From Chamaesiphon sp. (GTDB lineage: Bacteria; Cyanobacteriota; Cyanobacteriia; Cyanobacteriales; Chamaesiphonaceae): a DNA stretch of 64,000 nt. This document shows positions 23,043 to 30,430 of the stretch, piece after piece. The notes under the pieces are model-generated. The model made no database searches and was not told the origin of the DNA. It worked only from the letters and a program-made list of their open reading frames with translations. The number at the start of each line of letters is the position of its first letter. Position 1 is the first letter of the stretch. Location: the NCBI GenBank assembly GCA_965246715.1, contig CBDFFH010000046.1, forward strand, positions 32,001 to 96,000, read 5' to 3'. The position numbers were made by a program, and so were the translations under genes.

Positions 23043-23516
23043 TGTCTAGTCTATTTAGAAGTTAGGTTGGGGTGTGGGGAGGGTGGTGTGGCAAGGGTGT
23101 GGAGGTCGGGAAATTGTGGTATTGGTGGAAAGTTTAACTGTTGTTTTCAGAAGGGGAGGACGATCTCGGACAATTAAAATCTTTTTTTCACTCAGCGCTG
23201 TTCCGACTCTTCTCACCCTCCCCGATCTCCCGATTTCCACTGACTGTCGCCATGCAACTTGCGTTATCTATCATAACTGGTGGATCTCCGGATCGGGGAC
23301 TCGCAAAAAATATCGGCCCGATCTTCATTCGGTTCGATGCTACACTATTCCGATCTTGCGGGCACACTTATACTAAATATAGTAACAATCTACGCAATGT
23401 CGATCGAATCTAGTGTAGAGCTGTTGGTTAAGATCGATATCTAAGTTTATGAATTTTCTCGGACAACGCTGCGGATAAACGCTCGTGAGTCCCTGACCCA
23501 ATGCTGGGGGTGGTGT

Positions 23517-23723
23517 ATGTTAGTAGTCATCATTAACGATCGAATTTTTCCGCCACATCAAGTCTGTCAAGCTTGTCTCCTCGCCGATCGCGATGGTCAA
23601 CCACGCTGGCGACAGGGTAAACTCTGTTGTGGGATGTTAGTCCGCTCGATCGACTGTTGTAGCGAACCTCAACCCGATGCTTATCAGTGTCAGATGGGGT
23701 TTAGGTTGATGGAGGTGGAGTAG
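23517..23723 (+). CDS. Small Cys-rich hypothetical protein
   Basis: VCQACLLADRDGQPRW...YQCQMGFRL pattern resembling a conserved cyanobacterial small protein. Confidence 0.7.
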   Translation: MLVVIINDRIFPPHQVCQACLLADRDGQPRWRQGKLCCGMLVRSIDCCSEPQPDAYQCQMGFRLMEVE

Positions 23724-23757
23724 TGAATAGTGAATAGTGAATAGTGAACAGTGAATT
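23723..23757 (+). repeat. Heptamer short tandem repeat (GTGAATA)n, STRR-like
   Basis: Five units; inverted copies at about 23861-23880. Confidence 0.75.
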
Positions 23758-23878
23758 TATAATTATGGTTCGCGATTGGGTGAGAGTATCAATTGAGACA
23801 GACGAGCCATAGTATGAAAGGCATGCAATTAAGTCGCCTGTACCGACTAATTGCGTGCCTTTCACTATTCACTGTTCA

Positions 23879-24556
23879 CTAATTAAACTGCTGACTCAAT
23901 GCCACTGGATTGTGAACGGTGATTTTTTTCTTTTGGATGGAGATGACTTGATTGTCGCCATCGCGCAAATCGCCAAGCAGACGGGTGACGGTGACGCGGG
24001 TAGAACCGATCGCTTCAGCGATCGCTTGATGCGATAATTTAAGATCGATCGTGATGCCATTGCCGTTAGGTACGCCAAAATCGCGACAGAGGATCAGCAG
24101 GAAACTCGCCAACCGCGAACCCATATCGCGATGCGCGAGGGTTTCGATCATCATTTCAGTTTGCAGAATCCGAGAAGATAGACCCCTGAGCATAATCCAG
24201 GATAGCTCGGGATTTTCTCTCAGAGCCTTCTCAAATTGCTCGATCGATACAGATAATAACTCAACAGTAGTAAATGCCACCGCATGATAAAATCTGTCAG
24301 ATTTATTCCCCGTAATCAGCGACAGCACCCCAAAAACACTGTTTTCTCGCAATAGTGCTACCGTAATCTCTTCTCCTGCCTCATACACGCGAGACAATTT
24401 CACCGCACCTTTTGTGAGAAAGTAGACCCGTTCGGCAGGATCGCCAGGAAAGAAAATAGTCTTATTGCGCTCGAATGTCTCTATTACTGGTGGAAATACG
24501 CCTCCAGCCATTTGCTGAAAGATACTAGCGATTGGTTTATCTTGCATCACGACCAT
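23879..24556 (-). CDS. ntcA: Global nitrogen regulator NtcA
   Basis: CRP family; [30 protein letters not shown]. Confidence 0.98.
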   Translation of the reverse strand: MVVMQDKPIASIFQQMAGGVFPPVIETFERNKTIFFPGDPAERVYFLTKGAVKLSRVYEAGEEITVALLRENSVFGVLSLITGNKSDRFYHAVAFTTVELLSVSIEQFEKALRENPELSWIMLRGLSSRILQTEMMIETLAHRDMGSRLASFLLILCRDFGVPNGNGITIDLKLSHQAIAEAIGSTRVTVTRLLGDLRDGDNQVISIQKKKITVHNPVALSQQFN

Positions 24557-24658
24557 ATCTATACGCTCTCACTTGGAATATCTAGAATCTCAACCCGATC
24601 TCGCCCAAGCTCGTTAGTGCGGTGGCACGAGTTAGCACTGCGGCACTAAAATGTATCG

Positions 24659-24672
24659 GTATTACACAATAC
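24659..24672. promoter_or_regulatory. Putative NtcA box
   Basis: GTA-TTACACAA-TAC (GTA-N8-TAC) upstream of ntcA. Confidence 0.6.
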
Positions 24673-24698
24673 TTAATCTGACTTGCCCTTAGTTTTTT

Positions 24699-24712
24699 GT
24701 ATCACAGCATAC
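24699..24712. promoter_or_regulatory. Putative NtcA box
   Basis: GTA-TCACAGCA-TAC (GTA-N8-TAC) upstream of ntcA. Confidence 0.65.
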
Positions 24713-24830
24713 CAAGTAAATTATGAGTTATGAGTTGTGAATTATGAATTATGGTTGTCTTCGCCTCTATTCGCCGACTTCCGATCGCTGATATCATGAG
24801 GCTTATGAGTCAAGCTGGAATAAGATTATC

Positions 24831-25607
24831 GTGTTGAATTTAAGCGGAAAAAACGCCTTAGTAACTGGAATTGCTAACAATAAATCGATCGCCTGGGGCA
24901 TCGCGCAACAACTTCACGCTGCTGGTGCGAATATCGGGATTACCTATCTCCCTGACGAGAAAGGGAAAATGGAGCGCAAAGTCAGCGAGCTAGTCGAACC
25001 ATTGAACCCCAGTATTTATTTACCCCTCAATGTTGCCGATGACGCGCAAATCGATGCCGCATTTGCCGAAATTGCGACCAAATGGGAGCAGATCGATATT
25101 CTGATCCACTGTATGGCGTTTGCGAATAGAGAAGATCTCTCTGGGAATTTTAGTAAAACTTCCCGTGCTGGTTTCGTTCAAGCGATGGATATCAGTACCT
25201 ACTCGCTGACGCGGCTGGCTGGTGCGGCAAAACCGCTGATGACAGCAGGCGGAAGTATTATCACATTGACCTATCTCGGTGGTGTAAAAGTAATACCTAA
25301 CTATAACGTGATGGGTATTGCCAAAGCCGGACTAGAGATGAGCGTCCGCTACTTAGCCGCAGAACTCGGCCCACAAAATATCCGCGTTAATGGCATTTCT
25401 GCTGGCCCGATTCGGACATTGGCCTCTTCAGCTGTCGGTGGGATTTTGGATATGATTCACCACGTCGAAGCGGTGGCTCCACTGCGACGCACAGTGACCC
25501 AAACTGAAGTCGGCAATACGGCGGCTTTTTTGTGTAGCGATCTTTCGAGTGGCATTACTGGGCAAATTATCTATGTAGATGCTGGTTATGAAACGATCGG
25601 GATGTAA
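24831..25607 (+). CDS. fabI: Enoyl-ACP reductase
   Basis: GIANNKSIAWGIA, YNVMGIAK, SAGPIRTLA. Confidence 0.97.
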   Translation: MLNLSGKNALVTGIANNKSIAWGIAQQLHAAGANIGITYLPDEKGKMERKVSELVEPLNPSIYLPLNVADDAQIDAAFAEIATKWEQIDILIHCMAFANREDLSGNFSKTSRAGFVQAMDISTYSLTRLAGAAKPLMTAGGSIITLTYLGGVKVIPNYNVMGIAKAGLEMSVRYLAAELGPQNIRVNGISAGPIRTLASSAVGGILDMIHHVEAVAPLRRTVTQTEVGNTAAFLCSDLSSGITGQIIYVDAGYETIGM

Positions 25608-25674
25608 ATAAACCCAAAATCCACTCCCTCAGTAGAAACACCAAAACCCCGCTATAGGCGGGGTTCTCGACTGA

Positions 25675-25720
25675 AGGCAGCACCCAGATTCGAACTGGGG
25701 GATAGAGGTTTTGCAGACCT
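25675..25720 (-). repeat. att site: displaced 3' half of tRNA-Cys
   Basis: AGGCAGCACCCAGATTcGAACTGGGGGATaGAGGTTTTGCAGACCT matches 38885-38930 at 44/46. Confidence 0.93.
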
Positions 25721-26033
25721 ATAAGAAATGGTTCTGTGAGGGCATTACAGATATTTGAAATCAATGCTACCCCAAACTTACCCCAATCCTGGAAAGTATT
25801 ACAAATATTGGTGCTAAAAAATTGTTCTTGTCTGATGACCAAGATGTTATCCTCGAAGTAGTTATGAATTGGTTTCGATCGCGCTGTTGCAAGCAGTCTT
25901 TCGATCGATCTAGCCCTCGCCTTCACTGGTGGGGGCTATTTCGATTATATGGGTAAAAGGGGTTTTATCAGGGTTGATAGGGCTTTTAAGGGGCAAAGGG
26001 CAGATAATTAGACCTCCAGATAGTTCCCTTTGA

Positions 26034-26582
26034 CTAGCTCTCAGCATCCCTCAGCTTCTCTATCAATTGACGAATTAACAGACCATCCGCTGCTAAATCC
26101 GAACCGGATGCCCCTAATGCCCCGATCGCCTTAATCGAGTTGGGGATTGCCAAGAATAGATCGATGTCCTTTGAATCTAAGACTTCCTTGTCCTCCAAAG
26201 TCTTGGTAATTTTCTCCCCGATCGACAGTAATCTCAAACCCATCTTGAATAGACCGAACCCGATCGTTTCATTGTTCTGGCGAAACTGTTCGAGTTGGCG
26301 ATCGTGTTCCTCAAGGTTCGATCGTCTTACTCGATCTCGTAAGATTGATTCTTCATCCCGATCGAAGTCCTTACAGCGATCGACCCACCGCCAAGTCTTA
26401 GACCACCGCTCGATCCGTGCGATGTTTGGATGGGTCGGGTAATTGTCGGGGGATTGTCGGGGATAAAACTTATTAGCTGTTTTTTCGAGCGATCGAGCTG
26501 CGCCCATATCTCGATATATGGTAAATGCAGCATAGGCTTTAGAGGTTTCCCCATCAGATCGATCGTAACTTTTCTGTGTCAT
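26034..26582 (-). CDS. Putative terminase small subunit-like HTH protein, paralogue 1
   Basis: GETSKAYAAFTIYRDMG-RSL...IERWS..W.WV.R motif, recalled from proteins upstream of large terminases; helical C-terminus; ATGA overlap with paralogue 2. Confidence 0.6.
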   Translation of the reverse strand: MTQKSYDRSDGETSKAYAAFTIYRDMGAARSLEKTANKFYPRQSPDNYPTHPNIARIERWSKTWRWVDRCKDFDRDEESILRDRVRRSNLEEHDRQLEQFRQNNETIGFGLFKMGLRLLSIGEKITKTLEDKEVLDSKDIDLFLAIPNSIKAIGALGASGSDLAADGLLIRQLIEKLRDAES

Positions 26583-27636
26583 ATTCTTCCGCTCCGAGCT
26601 TCGATTTCACCCTCAATAGTCCCCAACATTTCCCCGACCACTAATCCCCGTGCGGCAATGTCGGCACCCGAAACCGCCATCGCCATCAGATTTTTAGCAG
26701 CTACTTGAGCCTGACAGAACATCTCCCACTCCTTAGGGTTTATAGACTGGTTGCTAATCATCTTCTGTCGGATGGGTTCGATCGCTTGAGAAATAGATTC
26801 GATCGACTCGATGGCAAATGCTAGACCCGCCATCCCGATCGCCTTCTGTTGTAGATGATAAACCTCCAGATCCTGAATGTATGCTGTTTTCTCATGCTCC
26901 GATCTAAACTGTCTCATCTCCTGTTCTCGATCGTGGTCAAAGTCCTTACAGCGAACGACCCAATCATACTTCGATGACCACTCTTCAATATGCCGCATCC
27001 CTTTCGCGCGACGGACATTCGACGGACATTCGGCGGAATAATATTTTTCAGTAGTAGCCTTTAGAGTTCGCCCGACACCCATATCCCGATAGATGGTAAA
27101 TGCGGCGTAAGCTTTGGAGGTTTCCCCGTCGGATCGATCGTAACTTTTCATGTGCATCAAATGTACATCAACTGTACGGTAGGTAGAAAAAACTGGATGC
27201 TTTCTGGATGCTTTCTGGACGGGTTAAAAAGATCCGGCAGTTTTTTTCGGGTTCACGGTGTGAATCAGCGGGTAATTAGCGGGTTTTAAAATATTAGACA
27301 CAGGATTGACACAGGAAAGGCACAGGATTTTGCCCGCGCTTGTTCCTGACAATCGGCGGCGGTACGGGTTTTTTCTTCTTGGGTGGTGGAGGTGGGGTGT
27401 AGGTTCTAAATTATTCATATCCACTCACTTCCTGGCAAAATTCTTATTTCCAGTAAACTCCCAGCCAGTAATACCCCTTTCTGACGCTCGATCGAGCGCG
27501 ATGTCAGCGTTAGCTCTAGTTTTCTCCTTGCTATTCGGCGGCGTTAGCTCGACCAGTTCATGAAAATCAACCCAAGACATCGTTTCTCGTATTTCGCCCT
27601 CTTTTGTAGGTCGATTGCGGGTCGATTGTGGGTCAG
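26434..27636. repeat. Cluster of distinct 11-bp-period tandem repeats
   Basis: Units start at 26434 (GTCGGGkrATT x3), 27009 (CGACGGACATT x3), 27150 (ATGTrCATCAA x2-3), 27193 (CTGGATGCTTT x3), 27263 (AATyAGCGGGT x2), 27297 (GACACAGGATT x3), 27604 (TTGyrGGTCGA x3). Confidence 0.85.
26579..27151 (-). CDS. Putative terminase small subunit-like HTH protein, paralogue 2
   Basis: First 20 aa (KSYDRSDGETSKAYAAFTIYRDMG region) identical to paralogue 1 with synonymous nt changes; ATG at 27151 (ORF track begins 27160). Confidence 0.6.
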   Translation of the reverse strand: MKSYDRSDGETSKAYAAFTIYRDMGVGRTLKATTEKYYSAECPSNVRRAKGMRHIEEWSSKYDWVVRCKDFDHDREQEMRQFRSEHEKTAYIQDLEVYHLQQKAIGMAGLAFAIESIESISQAIEPIRQKMISNQSINPKEWEMFCQAQVAAKNLMAMAVSGADIAARGLVVGEMLGTIEGEIEARSGRI

Positions 27637-27697
27637 ACTTTTTAAGTTTGGAAGCGATTGAGTCAGTAGCAGTAGTTACTACCCGATCGCTAATGGC
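27425..27697 (-). CDS. 90-codon -1 frame extension of the RHH regulator (or a 51-aa ORF from ATG 27580)
   Basis: Open from the slippery A_AAA_AAG (27697-27703) to TGA at 27425-27427: AISDRVVTT...MSWVDFHELVEL...GWEFTGNKNFARK*. Confidence 0.6.
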   Translation of the reverse strand, partial: AISDRVVTTATDSIASKLKKSDPQSTRNRPTKEGEIRETMSWVDFHELVELTPPNSKEKTRANADIALDRASERGITGWEFTGNKNFARK

Positions 27698-28200
27698 TTT
27701 TTTAATTGAGCCACCTCAGTCTCTATAGGTTCTAAGGCTATCTCTATAGATTCGTTAACTAATTTCTGTACCTCATGAATGCCGATCAAGGTGGTGCCCA
27801 ATTTTTCTAGATGCTTATCTATAGCTCCTATCGCCATACATTCCACCGTCTCGATCGGTAAATACCCGGACACATCAGCCGCTTGGGTTCGTTGCATAGA
27901 CGGGAAACCCGTCCGCACGAACTCCGCAATCTGTTTCTCGATCGAGACTCGCACCATCTCATCTATAGATTCTACCGATAATCCTCTAGACACCTCACCA
28001 GGTATAGATGGTCTAGGCGTTTCCTCTATATATATATAGCCTCTATAGATATCCATCGAGTCAGCCGCCAACATTCGATCGATACAGTCGTTCAAAATCC
28101 AGCCCATCGACTGTTTATATCGTCTGGCTAGTTCTGCGAACTTTTCCTTTTTATCCTCATCCACCAGCACGGACAGGATCGGCTTAGTATTTTTCCCCAT
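27679..28200 (-). CDS. Ribbon-helix-helix-like DNA-binding protein
   Basis: N-terminus PILSVLVDEDKKEKFAELARRYKQSMGWILNDCIDRML has RHH pattern; ATG at 28200 (ORF track starts at TTG 28263). Confidence 0.6.
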   Translation of the reverse strand: MGKNTKPILSVLVDEDKKEKFAELARRYKQSMGWILNDCIDRMLAADSMDIYRGYIYIEETPRPSIPGEVSRGLSVESIDEMVRVSIEKQIAEFVRTGFPSMQRTQAADVSGYLPIETVECMAIGAIDKHLEKLGTTLIGIHEVQKLVNESIEIALEPIETEVAQLKKPLAIG

Positions 28201-28326
28201 CACACAACTCCTATATATATCCTCTGTTTTAACACATAATATATAGAGGATATCATTAGACAAGCAAATCCTACATAGCTTCTCGATAGAATAAACTATT
28301 TATATGCCATTCCTATATATAGTCTA

Positions 28327-28355
28327 TTGACATGCAGGATATATAGAGGTATTAT
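28327..28355 (+). promoter_or_regulatory. Sigma70-type promoter of 28506 operon with operator-like motif in the spacer
   Basis: TTGACA-N17-TATTAT; spacer contains ATATATAGAGG, also at 28239-28249. Confidence 0.7.
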
Positions 28356-28505
28356 GTAGGTAAGGGAATGAGGGCAGCGACCCGACCACCCGCAACGGCT
28401 CAAAATCGCACCAACCGATATACATGACAAAGCGATCGAGTTCCCGCGAAGAAATAACGATCGCCTGTCACACCCAAAACCAATAAGTAAATAGGTTCTT
28501 CAATT

Positions 28506-28943
28506 ATGAAACTGTTAGAAGCTCGTGTAAATGGCAATCCCCGCCAAGTCTCCACCAAGTACGGAGAGAAAGCGGTTCTGGATGTCTCGACCCGTGAAGG
28601 AGAGTTCACCATCTGGCGACCCGCTGGGGACTCTGAGGTGATGGGTCGGATGAATGGAGAACGGGTCAGCATCGCGATCGATAGCAAGGGGAAAGCCTCA
28701 TTGGTCGAACACGCCAGCACTAAGCCCCAACAGGCGCAGATGGGATTCACCGCGCCTGTAGAGACACCCGAAACCACCCGTTCGGCTGAGATAGCTGACT
28801 ACATCCAACGGTTAGGCAAGCTTTACTCGCACTGTCTCAGCACCGCTGCAAATATGCCTACATCAGTCGATCTCAACGCGCCGCAGGTGAAGGATATCGC
28901 CACTACTCTATTCATCCAAACTACCAAACACTTTAATCTCTAA
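28506..28943 (+). CDS. Hypothetical protein, possible OB-fold ssDNA-binding protein
   Basis: Beta-rich N-terminus (RQVSTKYGEKAVLDV...FTIW) plus helical C-terminus (IATTLFIQ). Confidence 0.65.
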   Translation: MKLLEARVNGNPRQVSTKYGEKAVLDVSTREGEFTIWRPAGDSEVMGRMNGERVSIAIDSKGKASLVEHASTKPQQAQMGFTAPVETPETTRSAEIADYIQRLGKLYSHCLSTAANMPTSVDLNAPQVKDIATTLFIQTTKHFNL

Positions 28944-29004
28944 CCTGCTTGGGGTGGGACTTACCCACCCCAATTACCATTAATTAAAACTAGGAATTAA
29001 CAGC

Positions 29005-29217
29005 ATGATTGACATCGATATGCTCTATCAAGAATTAGAAAGACTCCACAATTTATCTGAAACTTTAATGCGGTCGATCGAGTACCGAGATATGGAGGAG
29101 GCAAACCAGCCGGATTTAGCTTTGGTCAGATATCTAACCGAATCGCTAGCATCTATAGCCCATCGGGTAGCCGCTCAACAAGAAATACCCGCGATCGTTC
29201 CTGATTCGGAGGGATAA
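29005..29217 (+). CDS. Hypothetical protein
   Basis: 70-aa ATG ORF with AGGA RBS, helical. Confidence 0.65.
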   Translation: MIDIDMLYQELERLHNLSETLMRSIEYRDMEEANQPDLALVRYLTESLASIAHRVAAQQEIPAIVPDSEG

Positions 29218-29370
29218 GCCTTTTTCTCGACCAGAAACACCGAAACTATAACTTATGCTATGGTCTCTGTGTTTCTGTATATCCGCAAACGGTAATTTCT
29301 GTACAGAATCAGAAGGGCGGAGTTGATAACACACCAATAGAGATTCACTTTCGGTGATAGGTAAACTGAA

Positions 29371-30027
29371 TCACAGTCTTATTCCCAGCGCACGATAATA
29401 TTTTTCGGTTGCTTCCGTACACGATTGTGCGGCTGCGGCTGAGAATGTCCCAGATGCAACTAATTCACTATCGGTTTTGCAACGGCTAGACATTTCATTT
29501 TTCAAAGAAATCTTGTTAATTTGGATGCCAGCTAAACAGATCGCCACAATCGCTAAAACTCCAATCGTTGAGTTACGATCTAATTTGGTGCCAAAAAGCC
29601 GTTGGATATCCTTAAGTGAGCCAGTTGTATTTTTAATCTTGTGCTGAAATTCTTTTTCTGACATCAAATGCCACTGAATTCCTAAGATGATGCCAACTAA
29701 AAAAGGAATATAAGTCCAGCAAAACAGAATTGAAAATATCCCCCAACCCCACAGATCTAGATAGAAAAACTGGATTCCAAATACACCTAGAAAGAAAGCT
29801 AGTAGCGAAGCTGTATTTTTAGACTTGGCAGAACTTGGGATTGCATTAGGATCTGCGAAAATTTTAATCGCTCGGTCGTTTTCGATTCCAAAGTCCACCT
29901 TAATGCCCTGAGCTGGGGATTCTGACAATCCCCAAGCCTCCCCAGTAAATTCGTAGCGGTTGCCATCATCTCCAGAGATAAAGCCTTTATTCTCTTGGAT
30001 CGAAAAGTGTAGAACGGTACCTCTCAT
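29371..30027 (-). CDS. TM2/NINE-domain membrane protein with cold-shock-like N-terminus
   Basis: MRGTVLHF...KGFISGDDGNRYEF then KSKNTASLLAFFLGVFGIQFFYL...FCWTYIP. Confidence 0.8.
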   Translation of the reverse strand: MRGTVLHFSIQENKGFISGDDGNRYEFTGEAWGLSESPAQGIKVDFGIENDRAIKIFADPNAIPSSAKSKNTASLLAFFLGVFGIQFFYLDLWGWGIFSILFCWTYIPFLVGIILGIQWHLMSEKEFQHKIKNTTGSLKDIQRLFGTKLDRNSTIGVLAIVAICLAGIQINKISLKNEMSSRCKTDSELVASGTFSAAAAQSCTEATEKYYRALGIRL

Positions 30028-30145
30028 GGTTTTGTCCAGTAATTTGGTAGTGCGATAGTTACACTAATTATTCCCGTAGGTGCAAGAATAATTAAATAGA
30101 ACAGTTTTCCATGTAAATTACATGGAAAAACTAACCATAGCCAAA

Positions 30146-30430
30146 TTACCCAGATGGCTTCAGCTTCTCGATCGCATCTGCTAATCCTCCCCCCTCCCTC
30201 AATATCCGATCGATCGATTCAACCTTATTCCGAGGAACCGAGCGACACTGAGTGCGCCACTTCCCATCGATTTTTACCTTCCAAGTAAGCTGGTAGTTCC
30301 AGTGGTTGATATTGTCCCTGTCACGCGCCCCGATAACTTTGGGGTATTCCACAATCTCGCCATTTTCCCCCGCGACCTTTTTGACATACTGATGAAGCGA
30401 ACCCGACTGCTGACTCTTGGCTAACTTCAC
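30146..30430 (-). CDS. Hypothetical protein (probable small DNA-binding)
   Basis: GTG start overlaps helicase stop (GTGA); basic, Trp-rich. Confidence 0.6.
   Translation of the reverse strand: MKLAKSQQSGSLHQYVKKVAGENGEIVEYPKVIGARDRDNINHWNYQLTWKVKIDGKWRTQCRSVPRNKVESIDRILREGGGLADAIEKLKPSG

Noticed and set aside
23064..23110. G-rich tract upstream of glyA as riboswitch or G-quadruplex
   Set aside because: No recognisable riboswitch consensus; G-runs are irregular; cannot be supported without a covariance search
25675..25720. Second tRNA-Cys gene
   Set aside because: Only the 3' 46 nt are present; the 5' acceptor strand and D-arm are missing, so it is the att duplicate
25567..25926. 119-aa minus-strand ORF
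   Set aside because: Runs across the att site into the fabI 3' end; no recognisable motifs; likely spurious
25951..26000. Phased GGG tracts as an additional 11-bp triad
   Set aside because: Spacing is irregular (8-11 bp) and units are poorly conserved; not counted
27224..27563. 66-aa (-) and 85-aa (+) ORFs over the repeat cluster
   Set aside because: Composition is dictated by the 11-bp repeats or is antisense to the -1 frame extension; no support as proteins
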